A stretch of 64,000 nt of DNA. Source: Flavobacteriales bacterium. GTDB taxonomy: Bacteria; Bacteroidota; Bacteroidia; Palsa-965. The DNA lies in the NCBI GenBank assembly GCA_040377305.1, contig JBEIPA010000001.1, forward strand, positions 192,001 to 256,000, given 5' to 3'. The translations under genes were made by a program, and so were the position numbers. The notes beneath the pieces are model-generated. The model ran no database searches and was not told the DNA's origin. It worked only from the letters and a program-made list of their open reading frames with translations. Positions 1-10,019 of the stretch are shown piece after piece; the first letter of the stretch is position 1, and every line of letters starts with the position of its first letter.

Positions 1-730
1 ATATTGGGGATCCCTCGGATACAGAAGTTCGGCTCTAATGAATTATGGTGTTTACGGATCTGCGGCTTATGCTAGCGGTGCTGGTCGCATGTCCAATGGC
101 ATTCGCACTGGAATTGGTGGCGGTTTCTACGGTGACCTCATGGGTGGCTGGGTTCGTGGTGATATCATGGGTCTTACTACTATGGGATCTATGTACGCTG
201 CATTCAATATCGGCAACACATTCAACACAGGTTTCCATGCTGACCTCGTAAACACTGGTGGTCGCGTTGTTCCTGCGTACGCAGTTACTTCGACAAAAGT
301 GAAGTGCTATGATGACGGTTCTGCACAATTGAACAACGGAACAGTTCGCGTGAACTTCACTCCTGAGTATGCAGCGCTTATCAAAGGAAACGGCAAGCCA
401 ACTGTAACTGTATCTGCAATGGGTATGTGCAACGGTCTTTACATCGTTTCTATCGATGAAGCAGGTTTCACAGTTGCAGAACTTGGTAACGGAACAAGCA
501 ACGTTGAGTTCAGCTACATCGTAGTTGGTACTCGTGTTGATGCTGTTAACTCGACGGTTCCTTCTGAGCTTACAAATCCTGAATTCAGCGTGAAGATGAA
601 AGCGGTAATGGGTAACGACGGAAATACTGAGCAGTCTGCTGCTCCAATGTTCTGGAACGGAACTACGCTCGAATACAATGCTGCTCCCGAGGCTCCAAAG
701 CCTGCAAAAGTTGAAATGAATCGTAACTAA
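1..730 (+). CDS. 5'-truncated surface/fiber-like protein, C-terminal part (Gly-rich repeats plus conserved C-terminal domain)
   Basis: The frame of ORF 38..730 stays open back to the window edge (YWGSLGYRSSAL-M). Gly-rich beta repeats are followed by GSAQLNNGTVRVNF...GFTVAE..GTSNVEFSYIVVGTR, a C-terminal domain I recall from Bacteroidota fiber/collagen-like proteins. Confidence 0.6.
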   Translation, partial: YWGSLGYRSSALMNYGVYGSAAYASGAGRMSNGIRTGIGGGFYGDLMGGWVRGDIMGLTTMGSMYAAFNIGNTFNTGFHADLVNTGGRVVPAYAVTSTKVKCYDDGSAQLNNGTVRVNFTPEYAALIKGNGKPTVTVSAMGMCNGLYIVSIDEAGFTVAELGNGTSNVEFSYIVVGTRVDAVNSTVPSELTNPEFSVKMKAVMGNDGNTEQSAAPMFWNGTTLEYNAAPEAPKPAKVEMNRN

Positions 731-747
731 TTTTTTATTGAAATATT

Positions 748-793
748 AAGTCCCGTCTCGTCAACATTTTGACGAGACGGGACTTTTCTTTTT
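748..793 (+). terminator. Rho-independent terminator
   Basis: 17-bp perfect stem aagtcccgtctcgtcaa / ttgacgagacgggactt followed by a T-rich tract. Confidence 0.85.
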
Positions 794-803
794 ACTTTGT
801 CGT

Positions 804-1727
804 GTGAGAATACTGATTCCGTTTTTATTTCTTTCTAATTTCTTATTCGCGCAGGATCGTAGCGTGTTGCCCGGCAACACTGAAGCGTATTACCAGAATG
901 TAATTACATATCTCGCCAGCGATTCTATGAAAGGTCGATTGCCTGGGACACGGGAAGAAAAAATCTCGGCTGAATACATTGCCGCAGAATTACAACGCAT
1001 TGGCTGCAAACCAATCAAACGAAAACGATTCGTTCATCCGTTCGATTACAAATCAAATGACACAACGCTGGTGCATTCTTCCGGCAATGTCATTGGGAAA
1101 ATAAATTCCCCTTCACAACAGTGCATCGTAATAACCGCACACTATGATCACATCGGTTATGGCTATCAACACTCCAATGATCCGTTTAGTCACACTATAC
1201 ACAACGGAGCAGATGACAATGCAAGCGGTGTGGCCCTGTTATTGGCTATGGCCCAATGGTGCACTGAACACAAATCCGAATTACGTTACGATGTAATTTT
1301 CGCTGCGGTAAGCGCCGAAGAAGATGGCTTGTTTGGTTCTGCAGAATTCCTGCGGTCTAAATTCATCGATACTTCTGAAATAATCTGCAACATAAATTTC
1401 GATATGGTCGGACATCTGGATTTGCTGCGCCCCATGCTCATTGTCGAAGGATCGTTTGAATCCACGTTCTGGAAAAATGTTCTGCCTTCAGACTCTGCTT
1501 CTGGATTTATCGTCAATCGTACAGCGGTAAAATTCAAAGACGGGTCCGATCACTGTTCATTCATTAATGCCAATATCCCAGCCGTACTTCTGTCAAGTGG
1601 AATAACACAACACTACCACAGACCAAGTGACGATGCGGCAACAATTAACTACAAGGGATTGGTTTCAATTGGGCGATACACAGAAAATTTGTTGTCGAAT
1701 CTCAATACGGTGAAACCTTCCCGGTAA
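804..1727 (+). CDS. M28 family Zn metallopeptidase
   Basis: Signal peptide; AHYDH, NGADDNASG, AEEDGLFGS, NFDMVG, SDH and YHRPSD motifs. Confidence 0.9.
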   Translation: MRILIPFLFLSNFLFAQDRSVLPGNTEAYYQNVITYLASDSMKGRLPGTREEKISAEYIAAELQRIGCKPIKRKRFVHPFDYKSNDTTLVHSSGNVIGKINSPSQQCIVITAHYDHIGYGYQHSNDPFSHTIHNGADDNASGVALLLAMAQWCTEHKSELRYDVIFAAVSAEEDGLFGSAEFLRSKFIDTSEIICNINFDMVGHLDLLRPMLIVEGSFESTFWKNVLPSDSASGFIVNRTAVKFKDGSDHCSFINANIPAVLLSSGITQHYHRPSDDAATINYKGLVSIGRYTENLLSNLNTVKPSR

Positions 1728-1825
1728 GGGCAAGCATCGGATTCCACATACTCAGCAGTGGAGAATAAATGGAAAATGACGTAACTTGTACTTCCATTTC
1801 GGCTCGGCCGCTAATAGTGAATGAA

Positions 1826-2320
1826 ATGAAAAAATTTATACTAAGCACAGCATGCCCGGTATTGATTACCTGCCTGTTAAATGCACAATCAATTTCACCA
1901 GAAGTTATCGCGTCTGCAGGCGAATACTATTCGAATGTAAACGGATCCATTTCGTGGACGCTCGGTGAACCCATGGGCGAAACGTATTCCCAAACAAACA
2001 ATATCATTACACAAGGATTCCAGCAACCAACGGATTTCGGCACGCGTGTCATTGTTGGCGATCCTGTGAATGCGGAAGTTTATCCGAATCCTACCGCCGA
2101 CATTGTAAATCTTCAGTTCGGTGACAACACGAACGGTCAGTACGTAATTGAAGTGTTCAACACCTTGGGGCAGCAACTCAAGACGTCTACTTTCAACGCT
2201 ACACCATCTTCGAAAGCAACTGTTTCATTGTTCGATTATTCTGATGGAATATATTTCATCACAGTTCGCAAAACCGACGGCACTGAAAGTTCCACATTCC
2301 GCATCACTAAGAATTCTTAA
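1826..2320 (+). CDS. Small T9SS type-A sorting domain protein
   Basis: Start MKKFIL with signal peptide; SISWTLGEP..ITQGFQQP domain; C-terminal VYPNPT...GIYFITV...FRITK sorting domain. Confidence 0.85.
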   Translation: MKKFILSTACPVLITCLLNAQSISPEVIASAGEYYSNVNGSISWTLGEPMGETYSQTNNIITQGFQQPTDFGTRVIVGDPVNAEVYPNPTADIVNLQFGDNTNGQYVIEVFNTLGQQLKTSTFNATPSSKATVSLFDYSDGIYFITVRKTDGTESSTFRITKNS

Positions 2321-2329
2321 AGCAGATTT

Positions 2330-3193
2330 ATGAATAAATTACTTTCGCTGGCACTGCTATTGCCGGCATTCAGTCTTTTTGCACAAGCCCCGCAACAAAT
2401 CAAGTATCAAGGTGTAGCGCGAGATGCCGCAGGATCTGTCATTGCGAATGGTACTCTGACCGTACAGTTTGAAATACACGATGTAACTCCGGTTGGCACG
2501 GTAATTTATTCTGAAACACACACGGGAGTAGCCACCAATCAATTCGGATTATTCTCCGTGAGCATTGGTTCCGTTTCACCGATTGGTCCGTCTGTTTTTG
2601 TTGGAGGAAATGAATTTCTCGAAGTTAGCGTCGATTTCGGATCAGGACTTACAAGCATGGGAACTTCACAAATGCTATCCGTTCCTTATGCAATTTATGC
2701 CGACTCGTGCGGTAACCCTGGCCCACAAGGTCCTGCCGGTCCGTCGGGTACAACCGGACAATCAATCACAGAAGTTTATGGTTCAGGTCAGGTTTCTGTT
2801 GGTGCCGCAACAACAAGCGCGGTTCTTGTACCGGGACTAACTACAACTGTAAACGTGCCGGCGAATTCTGTTGTGCATGTTCACACCGATGGTGGCTTAC
2901 AATCGACAGGAGCTACGAGTTCGACGTTTTCTGTTGTAGACATCATTATCTACGTTGATGGAGTTGCAACTACAACCGGGGGTCAACGTCGTATCTCAAT
3001 TGCAAATACCACCGCGCTGGCTCAACTCATTAGTAATTGGTCAATTGATCACACGTACACATTGCCAGCCGGGAATCACACTTTCGAAGTAAAAGCAGTT
3101 GGTGGAGTTGCAGGAAGTTCATCAGCTAATGTGAGTAGCGGAAGTGCGGCCCAATTACGCGGAGTACTTTCAGTGGAGGTGCTGAAGCAATAA
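2330..3193 (+). CDS. Exported protein with short collagen-like linker
   Basis: Signal peptide; QIKYQGVARD...TNQFGLFSV...SVPYAIYA N-terminal domain; GPQGPAGPSG triplets; beta-rich C-terminal domain. Confidence 0.75.
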   Translation: MNKLLSLALLLPAFSLFAQAPQQIKYQGVARDAAGSVIANGTLTVQFEIHDVTPVGTVIYSETHTGVATNQFGLFSVSIGSVSPIGPSVFVGGNEFLEVSVDFGSGLTSMGTSQMLSVPYAIYADSCGNPGPQGPAGPSGTTGQSITEVYGSGQVSVGAATTSAVLVPGLTTTVNVPANSVVHVHTDGGLQSTGATSSTFSVVDIIIYVDGVATTTGGQRRISIANTTALAQLISNWSIDHTYTLPAGNHTFEVKAVGGVAGSSSANVSSGSAAQLRGVLSVEVLKQ

Positions 3194-3210
3194 AGAAATC
3201 TGATTGCAAT

Positions 3211-3241
3211 AAAAAAGGAGACCGATTTGATCTCCTTTTTT
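3211..3241. terminator. Bidirectional terminator
   Basis: aaaaaaggaga / tctcctttttt hairpin between convergent genes. Confidence 0.8.
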
Positions 3242-3244
3242 CAT

Positions 3245-4804
3245 TTATAGAATTATCGTTTTCGTTCGTGTGACTCCTGAACTGGTCAATCGCAACACAT
3301 ACGTTCCCGCTGCAAGATCTCTGGTATTGATCACCGCTGTGTTGAAACCGGCACCGCTGCGATCCGTATTTATTATGCGCACAACTTTTCCGCTTGCATC
3401 AACAAGCTCAAGCGTTGCTGCACCTGCATTGGGCAGAAAGTATTGCACATTCAGATCCTGACCATTCGATGGAACTGGAAAAGGTGCATACAATTGCGGT
3501 GTTTCTACAATTGAGTGAAACGTTTCCGGCGTTGAAGAAAGCAATGAGGAATCAATAATGATGTCTTCATCGCCCAACTGGTACGCCAGATAAGCGTAAT
3601 ACACCACCAACATTTCGTCGGTAGTTGATTCACCTACTGAAACGTCCTGCGGTGGATTGTTCGGATTCGAAAGGTTGTTGACTGTGTTGTCGTAAATCGC
3701 GTATGCATGTAGCGTACTTCCGTACGGAACGTGAATAGGCATCTGATAGTTATAGAATCCTTGCCAGTGGAATGACCAATTCGGAATTTTCACCAGTGGA
3801 ATTGTGTCGCCATTCGGATCAATTGCATAACTGCAGATTTCTTTCCCGATGAGATGCATGTGCGGTGCAGTGCTGATCACACTCACATTGTACTGAACAG
3901 GTTCCTGCGCATAAAATGTCTTTACGCTATCTGCGGGTATAAACAGAGGCCCGTTTGTGATTGATGTAGAGTGATTAATTGCAGGTGTCAGGAAAACTTC
4001 ACGCACCACACCGGATGAGAAAGTGAATCGCACATGTGTGGAGTCAATTTGACCAAAAGTACCTCCGGGATAATGGACTTGCATAATGATGTTCGTGTTT
4101 TGCAAAAGCTTCACGCCCATATTCTGTGGAAGTTCCCACATTCCTTGTCCCGGAACCCAGCCCATAACGAGCGTTGCTGTTGCTGAACCAACATCTCCGA
4201 ACCATGTGTAGCCCGGACCGGGATCGGCTGCATCAAGAGTATAGCACGTGTTCGATTGATCCTGAAAAACCAATACGTGATGCACAATGTTTCTATTGCC
4301 TGGAATCACTTCAACCTTGGTGATGTATTCATCTTGCGTGTTTCCGCTAGGCATAACGAAACAGCGATACAAATCGTTTGCTGCGTTTACTGTAAAGGTT
4401 GGAATCTGTGTCACCTGATCCGGATTGGGCATTTCCGCTACGCTATTGTAGGACGGAGGTGTGGGTGCATTCGCAAGGTTTCCCTGCTGAATTCCATTAT
4501 CGACCCAATCGGAAATGGTTTGGATTTCCTGTTGCGATAAAATTCGCTCATGCATGAAGTGACGATATGCGGAATCTGGTGGCCATGGTGGCATGGTGCG
4601 ATTTTGCACAGCATTCTTGATGTCTGTAGATTCATTCGCGGCATCTCCGTATGTGATCAGCGAAAACGGGGCAATTCCGTTCGGGTTGTGACACTTCGTA
4701 CAGTTTGCGTAGAGAATTGGTGCAACATCTTCAGCCCAATAAGGACCTTGGGCGCTTACACAGAATGGAAAAAGCGCGATGATAAGGGTGTAAAGTTTCT
4801 TCAT
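3245..4804 (-). CDS. T9SS-secreted copper type II monooxygenase-like protein with N-terminal c-type heme motif
   Basis: CTKCH and MPPW (cytochrome c); VHHVL, VHY, PHMH and TDEM (PHM/DBH-like Cu ligands); C-terminal PFPVPS...AGTYVLRL sorting domain. Confidence 0.8.
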   Translation of the reverse strand: MKKLYTLIIALFPFCVSAQGPYWAEDVAPILYANCTKCHNPNGIAPFSLITYGDAANESTDIKNAVQNRTMPPWPPDSAYRHFMHERILSQQEIQTISDWVDNGIQQGNLANAPTPPSYNSVAEMPNPDQVTQIPTFTVNAANDLYRCFVMPSGNTQDEYITKVEVIPGNRNIVHHVLVFQDQSNTCYTLDAADPGPGYTWFGDVGSATATLVMGWVPGQGMWELPQNMGVKLLQNTNIIMQVHYPGGTFGQIDSTHVRFTFSSGVVREVFLTPAINHSTSITNGPLFIPADSVKTFYAQEPVQYNVSVISTAPHMHLIGKEICSYAIDPNGDTIPLVKIPNWSFHWQGFYNYQMPIHVPYGSTLHAYAIYDNTVNNLSNPNNPPQDVSVGESTTDEMLVVYYAYLAYQLGDEDIIIDSSLLSSTPETFHSIVETPQLYAPFPVPSNGQDLNVQYFLPNAGAATLELVDASGKVVRIINTDRSGAGFNTAVINTRDLAAGTYVLRLTSSGVTRTKTIIL

Positions 4805-4903
4805 GAGGATTTTGAGAATAGTCTAAGGTACCGAATTCTTCGCAGGAGTCCTAAGTACCGGTATGAATAAGACGATAAGAAACGCGTGTGGTTTAAGGAG
4901 AGT

Positions 4904-6109
4904 CTATTCGAAATCTTCGTAGAGGAGATACTTCTTCCGAATGAGCTTGAATTTCACGATTTCCGGAATCCAGCTCAGACGAATTTTATCTTCTGTAACT
5001 CCATCCTGAATCTGCTTCTTCAGAGTAGCAGTACCCGCAAGCTTCTCAAAATAAGAATTGAAAAAAGCGTCCTTGTCGGGCATGTCTTTGTAACAACCCA
5101 TGAGCCAGAACAAATACAATCCCTTGTAATCGCGAATGTAGAGATCTGCAAACTCGTACAAATCGTGCCCGTAACAAACTTGTCCGTTGTATAGAGGTGT
5201 TTTCGCTCCGAAGCTAGGTTTAGGTGTGAATGTAAATGCGGCATTCTTCAGTTTCGGGTGACCAACTACCTGATAAGGCATTTCAGTTCCACGTCCGACA
5301 CTCATCACTGTTCCTTCGAACAAACAAAGCGAGGGATATAAATACACAGAAGCCATGTTTGGCAAATTCGGGGAAGTGCGCACGGGTAATTGATACTGTC
5401 CATTGTGATCGTATCCTTCACATGCAACCCAACTGAGCTGACATCTCACGCTTCCGGCAAGCCACTTTTCATCATTCACCATGCGCGCATACTCCGCGAT
5501 CGTCATCCCATAGACCAGCGGAACTTTGTGTAAACCAACCCACGACATGTACGCTTGTTCCATTACCGGACCATCAACATAATATCCATTTGGATTCGGA
5601 CGATCAAGCACAACGAAAGGCAATTTCTGCTCGGCGCAAGCTTCCATAACATAGGTCATTGTGGAAATGAATGTATAGCAGCGTACGCCAACATCCTGAA
5701 TGTCGTAAATCACAATGTCAATTCCTTTCAGATCCGCAGCTGTAGGTTTACGGTGGTTACCATAGAGCGAAACAACCGGAAGTTTTGTCTTCTCGTCAAT
5801 TGTGCTCGATACTTCTTCACCATCGTCTGCTTGTCCGCGAAAACCGTGTTCCGGAGAAAATATCTTCACCACTTTCACTCCCAGTGTAATCATGGAGTCG
5901 ACAAGGTGTGTCGTGTTAATCATTGATGTATGATTTGCAACAACAGCAACTTTTTTGTCTTTCGTTAACGGCAACCATTGATCAATTCGCTCTGCACCCG
6001 TGCGAACATCTTCGTCAGTAAGGTCTTGGGTTGCGCGGGACCGCATGGTTACTTGTGCAGAAAGATTAATTCCGCCAGCGAGTAATAATAGTAAAATCAG
6101 GATTCTCAT
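4904..6109 (-). CDS. DUF1343 family exo-beta-N-acetylmuramidase (NamZ-like)
   Basis: FSPEHGFRG, DIQDVGVRCYTF, DRPNPNG, SPNLPN and SVGRGT motifs; start moved to MRILIL (signal peptide). Confidence 0.9.
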   Translation of the reverse strand: MRILILLLLLAGGINLSAQVTMRSRATQDLTDEDVRTGAERIDQWLPLTKDKKVAVVANHTSMINTTHLVDSMITLGVKVVKIFSPEHGFRGQADDGEEVSSTIDEKTKLPVVSLYGNHRKPTAADLKGIDIVIYDIQDVGVRCYTFISTMTYVMEACAEQKLPFVVLDRPNPNGYYVDGPVMEQAYMSWVGLHKVPLVYGMTIAEYARMVNDEKWLAGSVRCQLSWVACEGYDHNGQYQLPVRTSPNLPNMASVYLYPSLCLFEGTVMSVGRGTEMPYQVVGHPKLKNAAFTFTPKPSFGAKTPLYNGQVCYGHDLYEFADLYIRDYKGLYLFWLMGCYKDMPDKDAFFNSYFEKLAGTATLKKQIQDGVTEDKIRLSWIPEIVKFKLIRKKYLLYEDFE

Positions 6110-6170
6110 GTGCACTGTGAAAGTAGGAAAAAAGAGGTTTCTGTTAGAGAAATTAATGCAAAGGACATGC

Positions 6171-6260
6171 CAGTAGACAGTTGAAATCTCGTATTCCGCG
6201 GGCTGAAGCGCGAGAGCAGAAATCAAGACTGCTTACTACCCAACTGCCTACTGCCTACTG
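6171..6260. repeat. Inverted CTACTGC-type heptamer repeat element with no cargo gene
   Basis: cagtagacagttg (6171-6183) is complementary to caactgcctactg within the array gactgcttactacccaactgcctactgcctactg. Confidence 0.65.
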
Positions 6261-6277
6261 AATTGCTATCTTTGGGC

Positions 6278-7534
6278 ATGTCCCGCGCCCTATTCGAACA
6301 AATGATTTCCTCGCGTATGCTTACGCAGAAGGATGAATCGGGGCGGATGTCAAAACCGATTGTGCGGGTGGCTGTTGTTGGAATTGCAGTCGGAATCATG
6401 GTAATGATCCTCACGCTTGCTGTTGTGCAGGGCTTCCAGGAAGAAATCAGAAAAAAAGTTACAGGATTCGGATCGCATATTCAGATCACACCTTACGACA
6501 GCAATATGTCGTCGTTCGAAACGGATTCGATGAGCAGCATACAACCATCTGTTGCTGCGTTGAAAGAATATCCTGGCATCCGCCACATACAAACCTTCGC
6601 AGTTAAACCGGGCATTGTTAAGAATAAAGAACAGTTGCTTGGCGTGGTGCTGAAAGGCGTTGACAAAGAATTTGATTGGGAATTCTTTAAGAAAAATCTT
6701 GTGCAGGGCGAAGTTTTCGGCTTTCCGGACACGGTTGGCGATCGCGTGCTCGTTTCCCAATACATGGCCGATAAACTGGAGCTGGAAGTCGGAAAGAAAA
6801 TCAAGATGTTCTTTCTGAGTGATGGACGTTCACGCGCGCGATCTTTTTACATCTCCGGGATCTACAACACAGGGTTAACAGAAGGATATGACGACAAGTT
6901 TGTGATTTGTGATATGCGACAGGTTCAGAAACTCAATCATTGGGATTCAACGACCATTGCCGGCTTCGAAATTCTGCTCGATGAAAGTGTTCCTGTTGGT
7001 GATGGCGATCGTCTTGGTGAACTCACCGACCGTGTGAACGACGAAATCGACTATGAATTGATTGCTGAGAACATTCGTGATCTCACACCTTCCATTTTCT
7101 CCTGGCTCGACGTACTGGACACCAATGCACTAATTATTATCATTCTTATGATTTTCGTTGGGATGATCAATATGATTTCTGCACTGCTGATTTTGATTAT
7201 CGACAGAACAAACATGATCGGTACCTTGAAAGCTCTCGGTGCCAGCAACTGGTCGGTTATGAAAATCTTCTTACGCAACGGCAGCCGGATGATTCTAACA
7301 GGAACTATCGCGGGAAATGTTCTGGGATTAGGATTTTGCTATCTGCAGAAATTCACCGGAATCATTGGCCTCGATGAACAATCTTACTACGTAAAAGTTG
7401 TGCCGATTAACATCGTATGGTCGGACATCCTTTTGCTGAACCTCTGCACCCTTTTGATTTGTTCTCTTGCACTTTTGCTTCCGGTATTGCTGGTTACAAA
7501 AATCACACCGGTGCGTGCACTTCGTTTCAGTTAA
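6278..7534 (+). CDS. LolC/E (FtsX-like) ABC transporter permease
   Basis: N-terminal TM, GFQEEIRKKVTGFGSHIQI periplasmic domain, IGTLKALGAS loop, three C-terminal TMs ending PVRALRF. Confidence 0.9.
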   Translation: MSRALFEQMISSRMLTQKDESGRMSKPIVRVAVVGIAVGIMVMILTLAVVQGFQEEIRKKVTGFGSHIQITPYDSNMSSFETDSMSSIQPSVAALKEYPGIRHIQTFAVKPGIVKNKEQLLGVVLKGVDKEFDWEFFKKNLVQGEVFGFPDTVGDRVLVSQYMADKLELEVGKKIKMFFLSDGRSRARSFYISGIYNTGLTEGYDDKFVICDMRQVQKLNHWDSTTIAGFEILLDESVPVGDGDRLGELTDRVNDEIDYELIAENIRDLTPSIFSWLDVLDTNALIIIILMIFVGMINMISALLILIIDRTNMIGTLKALGASNWSVMKIFLRNGSRMILTGTIAGNVLGLGFCYLQKFTGIIGLDEQSYYVKVVPINIVWSDILLLNLCTLLICSLALLLPVLLVTKITPVRALRFS

Positions 7535-7551
7535 GAAAAACCCGCTCTTGC

Positions 7552-8499
7552 ATGAATTATCAAATGAACCTGAAAGACAACAATGCCGATGGCGCGCAGA
7601 TTATTCGCTTCATCTATCGTTATAGAAAGCTCTACATCATTGTTGCTCTGATTGCAATTATTGGTGGCATTGCCGTTTCAGCGATGATGAAACCACAATA
7701 CAACTCGTTTGCGATTTTATTCCCTGCGCAAAATCAGTCCATAGAATCGGTTGTCGACAATCCCGTGTTTGGCTACGACATTGAAGCCGATCGGCTGTTG
7801 CAGGTTTTACAGTCCGAGGAAGTACTTGATAGTTGTGCTGCTAAATTTGATTTGTATGCCGTGTTGGAGGTTAACCCCAATACATTAACTGCACGTGATC
7901 AATTGAAGGAAAAATTTCACCAATGCGTTTCTTTCTCCAGATCACAGTACGTTTCCATTGTAATCTCTGCGAATACGACCGATCCTCAGCTGAGTGCCGA
8001 TCTGGTGAATTACATTATTAATCTTTCAGATGGAATCCGAAATCGTCTCTACAAAAAAAATCTTTCCATTGTTTACTTGTCTCTCGAAAAAGAATACAAC
8101 GAGCGACAGAACTATCTGGATCTGCTAACCGATTCTGTAACTGCTTTACGTGGAGAAACGAATATCGAAGTTCTCGCTACAATGAACAACCAGGTGGTTT
8201 TGAAAAGCAATAACCCTACATCATCAGAAGAACAAACGAACCTTGAACGCACGCTGAATAATTATATGTTCGAACAAAGTCGTCTCAATGATCTTTCGGA
8301 AAGATACCGCCGTGCGAAAACACAGTATGAAAGACCAGCAACACACAATTTCGTTTTGCAATACGCTACTCCTTCATACCAGAAGCGATCGCCTAATTTT
8401 ATGACGAACACATTCATTTCATTGATGTGCTCACTCGTGTTTTTAACCGGCTTCCTGCTTCTTCGCGATAAGCTGAAATCAATCAATCTCCGTGACTGA
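7552..8499 (+). CDS. Wzz/GumC-like polysaccharide chain-length determinant
   Basis: Two TMs flanking a coiled-coil periplasmic domain; ISANTTDPQLSADLVN and ATPSYQKRSP motifs. Confidence 0.75.
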   Translation: MNYQMNLKDNNADGAQIIRFIYRYRKLYIIVALIAIIGGIAVSAMMKPQYNSFAILFPAQNQSIESVVDNPVFGYDIEADRLLQVLQSEEVLDSCAAKFDLYAVLEVNPNTLTARDQLKEKFHQCVSFSRSQYVSIVISANTTDPQLSADLVNYIINLSDGIRNRLYKKNLSIVYLSLEKEYNERQNYLDLLTDSVTALRGETNIEVLATMNNQVVLKSNNPTSSEEQTNLERTLNNYMFEQSRLNDLSERYRRAKTQYERPATHNFVLQYATPSYQKRSPNFMTNTFISLMCSLVFLTGFLLLRDKLKSINLRD

Positions 8500-9949
8500 G
8501 CTGAAGCAACATAGTCGATTCGATTATCGCCTCGCTCTCATTCCTGTTCTGGCTTGTTTAGCAATTTGTTCTAAGCTCTACAGTGGGTCGGAGAATGACT
8601 GGGTCATCGTTGCAGCTTGTGCATCACTTCCACTGCTCGTCTGGTTGGTTCTCGCGCAAACTGAAAAACTGACGTATCTGGTGATTGCCCTTATTCCGCT
8701 TTCAGTACCACTGAAGTTTGGAAATGCATCGGTTGGTTTTCCGAGCGAAGGTTTCATTGCGATGTTAGTTGCTTTCATTTTGCTTAACGGAGCTATCAAG
8801 CCATTCATTTCGCGTGACATAATCCGGCACCCACTGGTGGTTCTTTTACTTACCGAAATTGCATGGATGGCCCTCTGCGGAATTCTCAGCGATCAACCAT
8901 TGGTGAGCCTCAAACGTGTGTTTATGCGCGTGCTTTTCGTTCAACTCTTCGTGATATATGGTGCGCACATTCTGAATAAAAACAATGGACGTTATCATTT
9001 ATTGTTTTTGCTCTATTCCGTTGGAATGATTTGGCCTGTGATTCACTCATTCCTGTTTCATCAGAATTTCAATTTCACACAATCTACCGCCTACAGAATG
9101 TGTGCCCCGTTCTTTGTAGATCATACGATTTACGGAGCTTGCATAGCATTCGTTTTACCCATGTTACTAATCCTGACATTCGCCAATGAAAAAATTCGCT
9201 TGCGTGGCATTTTGCACTTCGGTGTCATCTTTCTGACATTACTGCTCATTGGGGCGGAAGTGCTGTCTTTCTCCCGTGCTGCCTGGGTGAGCCTGATTGT
9301 TGCTGCGGTGTTTGGAGTAATACTAATGTTTCGCGTAAGGCTTCGAAGTATTCTTATTTTTCTCGCATTAAGTGGTATCGTAGTCGGCATTTACAGCGAT
9401 CAGATTTATCAAGGCATCAGCAAGAACGAAGCAATCAGCAACAAAGGAGACATTGGCGATCACTTACTTTCTGCAACCAACGTTCAGTCTGATGCATCAA
9501 ACACAGAACGCATCAATCGCTGGATGTGTGCATGGAAAATGGCATTGGATAAACCCATTACCGGATACGGACCTGGTATGTATCAGTTCGAATACGGAAA
9601 ATATCAGGAGCGTATTCACATGACACGCATTAGTACGTTCTCCGGCAATCGTGGCCATGCGCATTCCGAATATTTCACACAGCTTTCAGAAACAGGATTC
9701 CCTGGAGCGATTCTTTTTTTGGTTCTGGTTTTCAGCGTGATTGGTTACGGAATGAAAGTTATTTACACTGAACAAGATGCTCGTTATAAATGGCTGCTCT
9801 ATGGCGTCGTATTGGGCATGATTACTTTCTACGTACATGGGATTTTCAACGCCTTCCTCGATGCCGATAAAATGGCAGTTCTTGTTTTCGGAAGCATTGC
9901 AGCAATCGTAGCGGCGGATATTCGTCAAAGAAAACAGCTCGCTAACTAG
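8492..9949 (+). CDS. O-antigen ligase / Wzy-like family membrane protein
   Basis: Many TMs; SFSRAAW, SNTERINRW, PITGYGPG and HAHSEY motifs. Confidence 0.85.
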   Translation: MTELKQHSRFDYRLALIPVLACLAICSKLYSGSENDWVIVAACASLPLLVWLVLAQTEKLTYLVIALIPLSVPLKFGNASVGFPSEGFIAMLVAFILLNGAIKPFISRDIIRHPLVVLLLTEIAWMALCGILSDQPLVSLKRVFMRVLFVQLFVIYGAHILNKNNGRYHLLFLLYSVGMIWPVIHSFLFHQNFNFTQSTAYRMCAPFFVDHTIYGACIAFVLPMLLILTFANEKIRLRGILHFGVIFLTLLLIGAEVLSFSRAAWVSLIVAAVFGVILMFRVRLRSILIFLALSGIVVGIYSDQIYQGISKNEAISNKGDIGDHLLSATNVQSDASNTERINRWMCAWKMALDKPITGYGPGMYQFEYGKYQERIHMTRISTFSGNRGHAHSEYFTQLSETGFPGAILFLVLVFSVIGYGMKVIYTEQDARYKWLLYGVVLGMITFYVHGIFNAFLDADKMAVLVFGSIAAIVAADIRQRKQLAN

Positions 9950-10019
9950 GAAATTGGTGTAAATCAGCCCTCTTACGAGCGGGGCGATTTTGTACTTTTG
10001 TACCCTAAAATTTCCTGCA

